The notes below the pieces were generated by a model. That model saw nothing but the letters and a program-made list of their open reading frames with translations. It had not been told where the DNA came from and ran no database searches. Positions 1 to 9,793 of a stretch of DNA of 64,000 bases are shown here, in pieces. Origin of the DNA: a virus (lineage: Duplodnaviria > Caudoviricetes); IMG/VR virus record IMGVR_UViG_3300028886_000042; one strand, written 5' to 3'. How positions within the stretch are numbered: position 1 is the stretch's first letter; each line of letters opens with the position of its first letter. Both the position numbers and the translations under genes were made by a program.

Positions 1-19
1 AAACACCGACAATCAGAGA

Positions 20-979
20 ATGCTTCCCGAAAAGACACCTGATTTCAGTTTTGACAGTATAAAGGACATGAACCTGCTGTCAAAGGAAATATACAAGAGA
101 AGAATGCTTAATGCACTTGTAACCGGTGCTGCAATGTACTATTCCGATAATATATCATATTATATAAGGGATTTGTTTGAAATAGATGATGAACTGCCTT
201 CACTGTATAAGAAAATAGTAAGATATAACGAAATCCTTATATATTTGGAAAAGGACACACTGAATAAGGAGGATAATGATAATATAACAGACGGTGGAAA
301 GGTTGACGTTGAAATAGGCTCTCTGCATGCAATGCCGGTAATAAAATCCGAAGGACTTATATTTCCCGTACTTCTGAATGAAACCATAAAAGGTGTTCTT
401 GAACTTGCCATATCACACGGTTTACCCGAAAAAAGGGAAAAGGCAGAATATGTGATAAAAAAATCCGATTTCAGACTTGCTGAACTGTGGGATATGAGAC
501 TCGGCTATGTATTGTGGGAGATAATAGCAGAACAGATTGAGGATATGGATGTCATTGAACCTAATTTTTTCCTCATGACGCTGTCAGAACTCCCGTGCGA
601 TAAGTTCAATGACTGCCTTGGGGAGATTTTCGGAAAGACGAAGAGGGGAAAGAGAATACTCGACAATATAATAAGGAAAATCATGTACGAGAAAGAACGT
701 GATGACTTTGATGACTTCATTGAAAGGGGTAAGGACGGACATCAGATTGAAGACGGATATTATACAAGCGAGGAACTTATAGCCGATTCTGACCTGCACG
801 AATCAAAAAAGCAGAAAAAGAAGAAGAAAGTCAGAAAAAATGACGAAGGTAAAACAGTTCCGGAATTCTGTGACAAATGCGGTGCAAAAGTAGGTGTCTA
901 TATACAGGGAGAACCGATTTTTAAATGCTCAAACAAGGAATGCGGAAAATATTTCGGAACAGTTCCTTTTCCGGATTAA
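20..979 (+). CDS. Hypothetical phage protein with C-terminal Zn ribbon, probably 5'-truncated by the window
   Basis: Frame is open upstream of the ATG at 20; C-terminal CDKC...CSNKEC follows an LHES site and a lysine tract. Confidence 0.6.
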   Translation: MLPEKTPDFSFDSIKDMNLLSKEIYKRRMLNALVTGAAMYYSDNISYYIRDLFEIDDELPSLYKKIVRYNEILIYLEKDTLNKEDNDNITDGGKVDVEIGSLHAMPVIKSEGLIFPVLLNETIKGVLELAISHGLPEKREKAEYVIKKSDFRLAELWDMRLGYVLWEIIAEQIEDMDVIEPNFFLMTLSELPCDKFNDCLGEIFGKTKRGKRILDNIIRKIMYEKERDDFDDFIERGKDGHQIEDGYYTSEELIADSDLHESKKQKKKKKVRKNDEGKTVPEFCDKCGAKVGVYIQGEPIFKCSNKECGKYFGTVPFPD

Positions 980-987
980 ACAACATA

Positions 988-1019
988 AGGCGGGCTGACT
1001 TAAGCCCGCTTCTTTGTTT
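988..1019 (+). terminator. Rho-independent terminator
   Basis: GCGGGCT/AGCCCGC stem followed by a T-rich tract. Confidence 0.7.
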
Positions 1020-1187
1020 ATATGGTGTTAAGTACACTTTTCCATTCACTTATAAATTTAGGCATAAAGAATTTCCGTGAAAATGCTTATTTTCTGTAAA
1101 TATACTTTTTTTACCGTCATTTGCAAAGAGTATTAACAGTTAATAATATACAGTTAACACCTTTTTAAGAAATTTTAATGCTTTTTA

Positions 1188-1219
1188 TTTGGTTATTAGT
1201 AATAAATGTGGTATATTTG
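1188..1219 (+). promoter_or_regulatory. Bacteroidota-type housekeeping sigma promoter
   Basis: TTTG (1188-1191), 20 nt spacer, TATATTTG (1212-1219); matches the Bacteroides -33/-7 consensus. Confidence 0.7.
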
Positions 1220-1266
1220 CAGTATTAAAAATATTTATAAATGAAAAATTTAATAAATTAAAAGAT

Positions 1267-3117
1267 ATGGGAGTAATTAAATGGACTTACGAAAAATGCT
1301 ATGAGGTAGCAAGAAAATACGAAACAAACAAAGATTTTAGGGATAATGAACCTTCTGCTTATTCAGCTGCTTTAAGGTGGGATTGGGTAAAAGAATTTAC
1401 ATGGTTTAAACAACTCTGTACACCTGTTAATTATTGGACTTATGAACGTACCTATGAAGAAGCAAAGAAATACAAGTGTAAAGTCGATTTTCAAAGGGGT
1501 ACAAGGGGTGCATATAAAGCTGCTTTAAGAAATAATTGGCTTAATGACTATACATGGATGAAAACGCCGGAATCACATAATAAGAAATGGTGTTATGAAA
1601 CGTGTATGGAAGCAGCAAAACAGTTTACTATTTATACGGATTTTGCAAATGCATATCCAAAGGCATTAGACGTTGCAAGAAAAAACGGATGGGTTGATGA
1701 ATATACATGGTTGGAACGTAAATCAAAACCAAGTGGCTACTGGACTTATGAGCATTGTTATGAGGAAGCTAAGAAGTATAAATCACGTGTTGAGTTTGAA
1801 AAAGAAAGTGGCTCTGCATATGGTGTTGCAGTTAAAAATGGTTGGTTGGATGATTATACTTGGATTCCGAAACGCAAAAGTCCTGAGTGTAAATGGACTA
1901 AAGAAAAGTGTTTTGAAGTTGCTAAACAATTTAAAACCAAACAAGATTTCAGATATAGTAGACATGATGCTTATATGGCCGCTGTCAGACGTGATTGGAT
2001 GAAGGAAATGGATTGGTTTGTTCCGAAGGCAATTGAGGAAATGGCATTATTTAAGAAGATGCATTGTGTTTATGTTTATAAGGATGATGAATTAAATGTT
2101 GCTTATATCGGTTTGACAATCAATCTACACACAAGACATTTGAGACATAAGAAATGCGGTAGTGTGTTCAAGTTTTTTACTGAGGTTGGTAAGGAAATAC
2201 CTGAGCCGATTGTTTTAAAGGATAACCTTACACCCGAAGAAAGTAGATATTATGAAGATTATTATCTTAAGGAATTTCAGGAGAAAGGTTATCAGACACT
2301 TAATAAAGGTTGTACCGGAATATATTGTGGCTCATTTGGCGGTGGAAGGGTAATTTATACAGAGGAAAAGGCAATGGAAATTGCAAAAAAGTATAAAACT
2401 ATTAAAGATTTTCGTGAAAATGAACAATCTTGTTATGCTAGGTCAAAACTAATGGGTTGGCTTAAAGATTATACATGGTTAAAACGTGCCCATAAAGTTT
2501 GGACATATGAAATGTTTAAAGAAATTTTAGACAAATATGATGACTATTGTGAATTTCGTAAAAATGAACCAGGAGCTTATGAAGCAGCAATTAGAAATGG
2601 ATGGATGGATAGATTAAAGCGATTAGATAAAAAGGCTATTAATTGGACAAAGGAAATGGTTGAGGAGTTGGCCAGAAATTACACAACTAATTGGGATTTT
2701 AGAAAGAATGAACCCCTTGCATATAGTGCTGCAATTAGGCACAAATGGATTAATGACTTTACATGGTTAGAGAAGAGACAGAAGGAATTTGGGTATTGGT
2801 CAAAAGAGCGTATTATGGAAATAGCCAAAAACTACGAATACGTAACAGATTTCAGAAAATATGAAAAAGAAGCATATAGCCAAGCGACTAAAAAGGGTTT
2901 AATGAAAGAACTGACATGGCTTAAGTATAAAACCATGCCAAGCGGAACTTGGACAAAAGAAAAAGTTTTTGAGAAATCACGTGAATTTACCACCATTAAC
3001 GAGTTTGCCAAAAAAGCAAACGGGGCTTATACAGCAGCCTGTAGAAAAGGTTGGATTTCTGAAATAACATGGTTAACCCGCATTAAACAACCGACAAATC
3101 AAAAACCAAAAAAATAA
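1267..3117 (+). CDS. GIY-YIG homing endonuclease-like protein with ten ~50-aa repeats
   Basis: Central VYVY...AYIGLT...R motif flanked by 5+5 W(T/S)xE..A..Y....F....AY..A...W repeats; ATG at 1267 preferred over the TTG at 1189 because it lies downstream of the promoter. Confidence 0.75.
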   Translation: MGVIKWTYEKCYEVARKYETNKDFRDNEPSAYSAALRWDWVKEFTWFKQLCTPVNYWTYERTYEEAKKYKCKVDFQRGTRGAYKAALRNNWLNDYTWMKTPESHNKKWCYETCMEAAKQFTIYTDFANAYPKALDVARKNGWVDEYTWLERKSKPSGYWTYEHCYEEAKKYKSRVEFEKESGSAYGVAVKNGWLDDYTWIPKRKSPECKWTKEKCFEVAKQFKTKQDFRYSRHDAYMAAVRRDWMKEMDWFVPKAIEEMALFKKMHCVYVYKDDELNVAYIGLTINLHTRHLRHKKCGSVFKFFTEVGKEIPEPIVLKDNLTPEESRYYEDYYLKEFQEKGYQTLNKGCTGIYCGSFGGGRVIYTEEKAMEIAKKYKTIKDFRENEQSCYARSKLMGWLKDYTWLKRAHKVWTYEMFKEILDKYDDYCEFRKNEPGAYEAAIRNGWMDRLKRLDKKAINWTKEMVEELARNYTTNWDFRKNEPLAYSAAIRHKWINDFTWLEKRQKEFGYWSKERIMEIAKNYEYVTDFRKYEKEAYSQATKKGLMKELTWLKYKTMPSGTWTKEKVFEKSREFTTINEFAKKANGAYTAACRKGWISEITWLTRIKQPTNQKPKK

Positions 3118-3135
3118 CTTTTTGGGTAACACTTG

Positions 3136-3187
3136 AAAAATAAGTACTATTTATGTTAATTTCATAATAATAGTACTTATTTTTTTG
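3136..3187 (+). terminator. Long AT-rich hairpin overlapping the terL upstream motif
   Basis: AAATAAGTACTATT...AATAGTACTTATTT inverted repeat plus T tract; contains TATTTAT at 3148-3154. Confidence 0.55.
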
Positions 3188-3188
3188 T

Positions 3189-5066
3189 ATGAGTAAACAG
3201 AGTGAATATCTAAAATGTTATAATGATAAAACGAGAATATACTTCATAGAGAATTATCTTTATACGTTCAACGCAATGGAACGTAGTGAAGTTCCGTTTA
3301 TCTTATTCCCAAGGCAAAAGGAATTCTTAAAAAGCTGTGCTGAAAATTCAAATACCGTTGCAGTAAAACATAGACAGAGTGGCGTATCAACAATATCAGC
3401 AGCATGGTCATGTGGTCAGTGTACATTTGCCAGTAAAAAATCACCTGAAATAATTTTGTGTATTGCAAATAAACTTGAGCAAGCAGTCGAATTAACTAAT
3501 AAAATTGTAAATTTCCTTGACCAAGTACCAAGATGGATGTGGGGTGGTGACTATTATTCACCTGACCCGGACAGTCCAAAGAATACAAAGTCGATTTATG
3601 TAAAACGAAATAAGAATTATATAGAATTATTTAATGGTTGTAAGATTTATGCACGTGCCTCAACACCGCACGCAGCAAGAGGAATTAGTGCAGTCTCTAT
3701 TTTGATAATCGACGAATGCGCGTACATTTTATCAGATGCCATGGCATCTTATACAGCAGCAGTTGCAGCACAAAGTACAGTTTCAAATCCTAAATGTCTG
3801 ATGGTCTCTACACCAAACGGTAAAGACCAGTTGTACTATAAAACATATAGTCAGGCAGTCAGGGGAGAAAACAATTTCCATGCAGTTGAATTCAAATGGT
3901 TTCAAGACCCCCGTTATAACAGAAATCTTAGATGGTACAAGAAGGATGAAAAAACCGGTGATATAAAATGGGATGAAGACCCTGTTATTGACAGAAAGGG
4001 TAATATAGAATACAATGAAGAGCGTTGGAGGAATCTTGAGAGGGACGGATGGACACCGACTTCTCCTTGGTTTGAAAACATGTGCAAGTCATTTAATAAT
4101 GACCAGCAGAAAATTGCACAGGAGTTGTTGGTTTCATTCCTCGGTTCTTCTGATAATGTTGTTGCACCTGAAGTAATAGAAATGCATCAGAAGCAGAATG
4201 TTATTCCCATTACACCTGACTGGCCACTAAGAGACCAGTTGATAAGTGATACTTGGATTTGGAAAGACCCGATTCCGGGGCATAGGTACATATGTTCAGT
4301 AGACCCTTCCAGTGGTTCCGGTACTGACTTTACTGCAATTGAGGTAATTGATGTTGATGCAGTAGATGAAAACGGTACACCGTTCTTTGAACAGGTACTT
4401 GAGTATAACGGTAAAATAAACGGTGAGGAAGTCGGTGAGTTGGTAAACAGATATGGAAGGGTTTATAATAATGCATTAGCTGTTGTCGAAGCTTTGGGCG
4501 GTTACGGTGATGCAGTTGTATTAACCCTTATGAATCTTGGTTATCCTAATTTGTATTATGATGAAAGTACCCTTAAAAACTACACTTCAGCCATTACAGC
4601 ATCTAAATTCAATAAAAAGGCGGGTGAAGCATTACCGGGATTCAGAAGTAACGGATTAAGAATACAGATGATTTCAAATTTTGTTGAAATGCTTAAAAAT
4701 GATTCATTCAGGGTAAGGAGTATGAGGGTTATCAGTGAATTGGAAACATGGATATTCAAGAATGGCCGACCAGACCATCAGGATGGTATGTGTGATGACC
4801 TGCTTACCTGTCTCGCAATGGGCTTGTTCGTTGCTGTATTCTATATGCTAAGAAATGAAAGAAAAAAAGCAAAGGATTCTCAGATTGTCAAGTCATGGTA
4901 TGTGAATAATGCTAATAATTCGGATTTCCGTTCATCAAAACTTGAAAACAGGATGATTATATCTTCCCCAAGGAAAATGCCTTTTTACAGTAATTCGCAG
5001 ATTGAGAAAAGGGAAAGGGCGAGATTCAATGCCATGCTTCTTTTAGGCGGTTTTAAGAGACATTAA
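3189..5066 (+). CDS. terL: Terminase large subunit (T4 gp17-like)
   Basis: LFPRQ, Walker A KHRQSGVST, Walker B ILIIDECA, STPNG coupling motif, RNase H-like nuclease motifs SVDPS..G.D and DDL. Confidence 0.93.
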   Translation: MSKQSEYLKCYNDKTRIYFIENYLYTFNAMERSEVPFILFPRQKEFLKSCAENSNTVAVKHRQSGVSTISAAWSCGQCTFASKKSPEIILCIANKLEQAVELTNKIVNFLDQVPRWMWGGDYYSPDPDSPKNTKSIYVKRNKNYIELFNGCKIYARASTPHAARGISAVSILIIDECAYILSDAMASYTAAVAAQSTVSNPKCLMVSTPNGKDQLYYKTYSQAVRGENNFHAVEFKWFQDPRYNRNLRWYKKDEKTGDIKWDEDPVIDRKGNIEYNEERWRNLERDGWTPTSPWFENMCKSFNNDQQKIAQELLVSFLGSSDNVVAPEVIEMHQKQNVIPITPDWPLRDQLISDTWIWKDPIPGHRYICSVDPSSGSGTDFTAIEVIDVDAVDENGTPFFEQVLEYNGKINGEEVGELVNRYGRVYNNALAVVEALGGYGDAVVLTLMNLGYPNLYYDESTLKNYTSAITASKFNKKAGEALPGFRSNGLRIQMISNFVEMLKNDSFRVRSMRVISELETWIFKNGRPDHQDGMCDDLLTCLAMGLFVAVFYMLRNERKKAKDSQIVKSWYVNNANNSDFRSSKLENRMIISSPRKMPFYSNSQIEKRERARFNAMLLLGGFKRH

Positions 5067-5076
5067 CAGTTTTTAT

Positions 5077-5107
5077 TTTGTAAATTGCCTGAAAAGGAGT
5101 ATCTTTG
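5077..5107 (+). promoter_or_regulatory. Bacteroidota-type promoter
   Basis: TTTG-N19-TATCTTTG. Confidence 0.65.
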
Positions 5108-5214
5108 CAGTCAGACATATAAAGAGAATTAAAGGAACAGTGTAATATTGTTGCGAGAAAATTCTGATACTTAGGAATTAACTGTTATATTTATAATTAA
5201 ACTTTTAAAAAACG

Positions 5215-6381
5215 ATGAAGAAATTTTTATTTTTGTTTATAATGCTGATTTCACTGGTATCTTGCGGTGGAAGTTATGTCGAGCCTGTTAACGTAAGGGA
5301 GAACCTTCCTTCAACGGATGTATTTGTACAAGGCAGCCTGTTGGGTGACTTTGAGACAAGAAGTCACGGATATGGTGATGCATGGCCGAAGGTAAATGCT
5401 GAGGAAGGTTGGGAAGCCGCAAGGTTTTCAATCAGAATTGACGGTAAGATACCCGGTGTGATAAATCAGCCTTCAAATAAATACTGGGGCGGTTTCTCAG
5501 GGCCTAATCTCGGTAAGGTTACTATTGACTATCCTTACGGCCATTACGATGACAGGGGCTTTGACTACTATAAGGTTGACAAGGCAACGGGTGAGAATAC
5601 AGGTATGTTCCGTTATGTATTCGATTCAGATGGAATTGTTACGGAATCCGCTATAATTGAGAAACCTGATATGCGTGAAGTCCTTACACTTCTTAGGGAT
5701 AACAGTACTAATGCAAAGGAGAGGGCTATGTTGGATGAGGTATTATCTTCTTCTGAGCCACTTAAGATTATATGGTATGTTGTAAAGGAAGTCGGTATGA
5801 AGAACGGATGGCACGTTAACGGTGTACTTACACATGATACCGTTAAAAGTGTTGTAGATATACCGGGTATAAATGAAGAAATTGAAAAGGATGTCAAGGA
5901 ATATCAGTTTGAGGAGAGTGACAATGACCCTACAAAGGTAAAGGATAACATTGAGGTTGACATACACTTGCAGGAGCATAAGGACTGGAATGAAATAAAA
6001 ACTTCAATTCATATCAGGGAATATGCCGGTTCCATTAAGGTTAACATACCTTTGGATTATGAATACATTGTAGAACAGGATGATTTCGATATCAGGGTTT
6101 ATTCCTATTATTACAAACAGTATGAGGTAATTCCCGTAATTGAACATAACGATAAGGGTATAACAATAACCATAAACGGAATTGATGAGGAATTCATTAA
6201 TACACTTAAGGCAAAGTACGGTGACGGACTTACTGTAGAGGTACACAGTTACTGTACTGTAATTGACGAGGCATGGACTGACATAAAGAGGTCTACAGTA
6301 GTAACGGAATATGATGCTAATGTGGAAGGACAGATAACATCGGCATATAAACCGGAAGAAATTGTGATTATAGGAAATTGA
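5215..6381 (+). CDS. Putative lipoprotein
   Basis: MKK, hydrophobic stretch, then lipobox LVSC. Confidence 0.75.
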   Translation: MKKFLFLFIMLISLVSCGGSYVEPVNVRENLPSTDVFVQGSLLGDFETRSHGYGDAWPKVNAEEGWEAARFSIRIDGKIPGVINQPSNKYWGGFSGPNLGKVTIDYPYGHYDDRGFDYYKVDKATGENTGMFRYVFDSDGIVTESAIIEKPDMREVLTLLRDNSTNAKERAMLDEVLSSSEPLKIIWYVVKEVGMKNGWHVNGVLTHDTVKSVVDIPGINEEIEKDVKEYQFEESDNDPTKVKDNIEVDIHLQEHKDWNEIKTSIHIREYAGSIKVNIPLDYEYIVEQDDFDIRVYSYYYKQYEVIPVIEHNDKGITITINGIDEEFINTLKAKYGDGLTVEVHSYCTVIDEAWTDIKRSTVVTEYDANVEGQITSAYKPEEIVIIGN

Positions 6382-6391
6382 CGGTATAGAC

Positions 6392-6433
6392 ATCCCATCG
6401 GTACATATTCAATATGCTGATGGGATTTTTTTT
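6392..6433 (+). terminator. Rho-independent terminator
   Basis: ATCCCATC...GATGGGAT stem plus T tract. Confidence 0.7.
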
Positions 6434-6442
6434 GTTTTTATG

Positions 6443-6530
6443 CAACTATTTATTATTAAATACAAATAAGAATAGAATATGAAGAATAGAATAAGAATAA
6501 CAGAGAGTGACCTTCATAGAATTGTGAAAG
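6443..6530 (+). repeat. Cassette 5' repeat, copy 1 (upstream motif plus leader)
   Basis: Near-identical to 7194-7281. Confidence 0.85.
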
Positions 6531-7087
6531 AGTCTGTGAAAAGAGTATTGAGGGAATCAGCACATAGAACTATTGACAAAAAACAACGTCTAACTGAGGA
6601 TATTTATGTTGGAAATGGTGGTGGGTATTATGGTGGTTCTGCCATCTTTACAGTTAGAATGGAAGGTGATATGCCGACAAGTTATGAATTTAGTCCAAAA
6701 GGATGGGACTTTGATACAAAATCACAATTAGAGGCTGCTGCTGTATGTGCTTCTGCAAATAAGGGATTTCTTGAACAAATGAAAAACTCAGAATTGACAC
6801 AATTACCGGTTGTTCCGACTACCGAAGATGATAAGGCAAATGCACTATATTGGCTAACCGGTGGCAATGCTGAATGGAATCACGGATATTGGGCAGAAGG
6901 CGGTGTTCATTGGGGGGAAGCAGAGGAAATATTATTAAATGACACTGATATAATGGGACTATTGGATGATGCAATCTCTAATTCAAGCAATTTTTATGAA
7001 TTAGTCATAAATCTTAAAAGAGGTGAGTATATGCAGTATGCAGCAGATGTCATCCCAACTAACGACTATGATGAGGATGAGTATTAA
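6479..7087 (+). CDS. Leader-tagged hypothetical protein (candidate internal head protein)
   Basis: N-terminus MKNRIRITESDLHRIVKESVKRVLRES. Confidence 0.7.
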   Translation: MKNRIRITESDLHRIVKESVKRVLRESAHRTIDKKQRLTEDIYVGNGGGYYGGSAIFTVRMEGDMPTSYEFSPKGWDFDTKSQLEAAAVCASANKGFLEQMKNSELTQLPVVPTTEDDKANALYWLTGGNAEWNHGYWAEGGVHWGEAEEILLNDTDIMGLLDDAISNSSNFYELVINLKRGEYMQYAADVIPTNDYDEDEY

Positions 7088-7112
7088 ACCGCAATTAAAC
7101 CAACTCTAATCT

Positions 7113-7156
7113 CAGACCATTTGTGTACTAAGCCGATAGACTTTAAAAACATATAT
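7113..7156. repeat. 44-nt 3' element, copy 1
   Basis: CAGACCATTT-N14-TAGACTTTAAAAACATATAT, also at 7589-7632. Confidence 0.85.
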
Positions 7157-7190
7157 GAGCGAATCCATCCGGTTCGCTTGTTTTTTTTTT
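7157..7190 (+). terminator. Rho-independent terminator
   Basis: GAGCGAAT/GTTCGCTT stem plus T tract. Confidence 0.7.
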
Positions 7191-7193
7191 ATT

Positions 7194-7281
7194 CAACTAT
7201 TTATTATTAAATACAATAAGAATATAATAATGAAGAATAGAATAAGATTAACAGAATCAGACCTTCACAGAATTGTGAAAG
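7194..7281 (+). repeat. Cassette 5' repeat, copy 2
   Basis: Near-identical to 6443-6530. Confidence 0.85.
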
Positions 7282-7577
7282 AATCAGTAAATATGATATT
7301 ATCTGAAGCCAATAACCATTTAATATCAGTTGGAGGCATAGAAGACACTCCATTTACACGTAATAACAATAAAGGCTCTAATAGCATTAGAATAAATGGT
7401 GTGTTTAATACAACCAATTATAGCAATAACCCATCACGTGCGGCTATTGAGATGATGCAAGACAAATTACCATTTGATGAATTTATCGATTATTGCGAAC
7501 AACGCGGAATTAACCCATATGATTATATTGATACTAATGATTTTGAGGTAGAACAATGGATAGAAGATTACATATAG
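7230..7577 (+). CDS. Leader-tagged hypothetical protein
   Basis: Start corrected to ATG 7230: MKNRIRLTESDLHRIVKESVNMILSEA. Confidence 0.7.
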   Translation: MKNRIRLTESDLHRIVKESVNMILSEANNHLISVGGIEDTPFTRNNNKGSNSIRINGVFNTTNYSNNPSRAAIEMMQDKLPFDEFIDYCEQRGINPYDYIDTNDFEVEQWIEDYI

Positions 7578-7588
7578 GTTTAATTGAG

Positions 7589-7632
7589 CAGACCATTTAC
7601 GAACAAGTCCAGTAGACTTTAAAAACATATAT
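7589..7632. repeat. 44-nt 3' element, copy 2
   Basis: Same flanks and spacing as 7113-7156. Confidence 0.85.
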
Positions 7633-7636
7633 ATTT

Positions 7637-7667
7637 AATACACCCGTTTCCGAGTGTATTTTTTTTT
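7637..7667 (+). terminator. Rho-independent terminator
   Basis: AATACAC...GTGTATT stem plus T tract. Confidence 0.65.
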
Positions 7668-7721
7668 GTTGACAATGATTCATTTATTCCCTATATTTAT
7701 TATAAATAGGATAGAACTACA

Positions 7722-9764
7722 ATGCCAACAAAACCAACAATATTTCAGAGGCTTACTAATATACTTTCAAACAGTAATAATATACAGGGTGCTGTTAAAA
7801 AGGTAAATTCCTACGGTATAAACGATTCTGATATATTATTCCGTACTAATAACAAGGAAGAGTATGACAGTAAGTTAAAGGAACTCAGGCAGCAGCATTT
7901 GCTTGCTAAGCAGTGGAAGAAGGCGAACTATGACCTTACCAACAAGTCACTTGCCGGACTGAATGAAGTAAAGATGATGTACCGTGATGCAGACCTGATG
8001 GACTGTTTCCCTGAAATCGGTACTGCGCTTGATATAGTATCTGAGGAGGCATGTTTCGTGAAGGAGTTTATGGTTAACGTGACTTCCAAATCCGAACGTG
8101 TAAAATCAATTTTACAGGATTTGCTTGTAAACCGCTTGCAGATTAATATTATGCTTCCTATGGTATGCAGAAGTATGGCTAAGTACGGTAACACGTTCAT
8201 GCTTCTTGAGATAAATGAGGAAAACGGTGTTGTGAATTGGAGACAGTTACCGGTTTATGAGTTGGAGAGGTATGAAAACGGTATGGAAAATCCATATGCA
8301 AATGCTTATGTTAATCTGAATAATATAGACCTTAATCAGACGGATTCCACTAAATTTGTTTGGGTAGGTCAGACTGAATTCACGCCTTACAGAAACTGGC
8401 AGATAGCACATTTCAGACTGCTTTATGATTCGATATTCCTGCCATACGGTACGAGTTTTCTACAGAAGGCAAGAAGGCACTGGCGTATGTTGTCCATGAT
8501 GGAGGACATGATGCTTATATACAGAATGGAACGTTCAATTGAAAGACGTGTATTCAAGATAAACGTAGGTACGATTGATGATAAGGATGTTCCTGCTTAT
8601 GTTGAGGACATTGCAAACAACTTCAAACGTACACCTATTATAGACCCTCTGACAGGACAGTTGGACTTGAAGAAAAACATACTTAATGTATCTGAGGATT
8701 TCTTCATACCTGTACGTGATGATAATGCAAGCAACCCTATAGATACGTTGCAGGGAGCACAGAACATGACTGCGATGGATGACATAAAATTCATACAGAA
8801 TAAAGTATGTACAGCACTGAGAATACCCAAATCATATCTGAATTTCGAGGAAACCACCGGTGACGGTAAGAACCTTTCGTTACTTGACGTAAGATTCATG
8901 CGTACAGTAAACAGAATACAGCAGTCGTTGTTAATGGAACTGAATAAAATCTGTATCATACACCTTTATCTTTTAGGATTTGAAGATGAACTTACGAATT
9001 TCACTCTTACCATGAATAATCCTTCTTCACAGGCTGAAATGCTTGAGCTGGAAAACATGGCAAAGAAAATAACAACAGCAAAGGATGCTATTTCTGATGC
9101 CGGTAACGGAATACAGCTTATGTCATGGACGAGGGCATGTAAGCAGATTCTCGGTTGGTCTGATAAGGAAATTGAGGAAAACTTGCAGGAAATCAGACTT
9201 GAAAAGGCACTTGCGGCAGAGTTGGAGAAAACCGCACAGATTATCAAGCGTACTAATATATTCGATAAGGTTGACAATATATACGGCGAACCCGGTGCTG
9301 AATACTCGGAAGAGCCTGTAGGCGGTGAAGACGGTCAGGGCGGTATGGGCGGTGGAGCCGGCGGTATCGGTGGAGGTACTATAGGAGGCGGTGATTTCGA
9401 CTTCGGTGACGAAGGCGGTGACGAAATGGGTGCAGAAGGTGAAATGGGCATGGATGCAGCAGCCGATGAAATGACTCCTGAGCAGGGAGGAGCACCTGAA
9501 GCAGGAAACGAGCCTATACCTCCTATGGGAGAAGATTATCTCGGAAGGCTGTTCAAGAAGATGATTAACGAACAGCATGAGGTGCAGAAGGATATAGCGA
9601 GAAAGGGAAAGAAATACAGTGACAGACTGAAGGAGCGTAAGGAGAAATATGATATATCAAACCGTATAAACGAGAACGTACCGATATATCAGAAGAATTT
9701 CCTGATAAATGAGGATTTAAATTCGATGATTAAGCAGCTTGATGAAATTAACGCTAAGAAATAA
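7722..9764 (+). CDS. gp20: Portal vertex protein (T4 gp20-like)
   Basis: EDMMLIYRMERSIERRVFKINVG, EDFFIPVR, IDTLQGA and ALRIPKS motifs; Gly/acidic C-terminal tail. Confidence 0.93.
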   Translation: MPTKPTIFQRLTNILSNSNNIQGAVKKVNSYGINDSDILFRTNNKEEYDSKLKELRQQHLLAKQWKKANYDLTNKSLAGLNEVKMMYRDADLMDCFPEIGTALDIVSEEACFVKEFMVNVTSKSERVKSILQDLLVNRLQINIMLPMVCRSMAKYGNTFMLLEINEENGVVNWRQLPVYELERYENGMENPYANAYVNLNNIDLNQTDSTKFVWVGQTEFTPYRNWQIAHFRLLYDSIFLPYGTSFLQKARRHWRMLSMMEDMMLIYRMERSIERRVFKINVGTIDDKDVPAYVEDIANNFKRTPIIDPLTGQLDLKKNILNVSEDFFIPVRDDNASNPIDTLQGAQNMTAMDDIKFIQNKVCTALRIPKSYLNFEETTGDGKNLSLLDVRFMRTVNRIQQSLLMELNKICIIHLYLLGFEDELTNFTLTMNNPSSQAEMLELENMAKKITTAKDAISDAGNGIQLMSWTRACKQILGWSDKEIEENLQEIRLEKALAAELEKTAQIIKRTNIFDKVDNIYGEPGAEYSEEPVGGEDGQGGMGGGAGGIGGGTIGGGDFDFGDEGGDEMGAEGEMGMDAAADEMTPEQGGAPEAGNEPIPPMGEDYLGRLFKKMINEQHEVQKDIARKGKKYSDRLKERKEKYDISNRINENVPIYQKNFLINEDLNSMIKQLDEINAKK

Positions 9765-9793
9765 CATATTTATTATAAAATAATTTTTGTACG

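Noticed and set aside
7155-7229. Track start sites at 7155, 1189, 13998, 26320, 41727 and 63749
   Set aside because: The extensions run through terminators, promoters or adjacent genes; downstream ATGs fit better
6443-7667. CRISPR array
   Set aside because: Only two copies of each repeat, separated by whole genes
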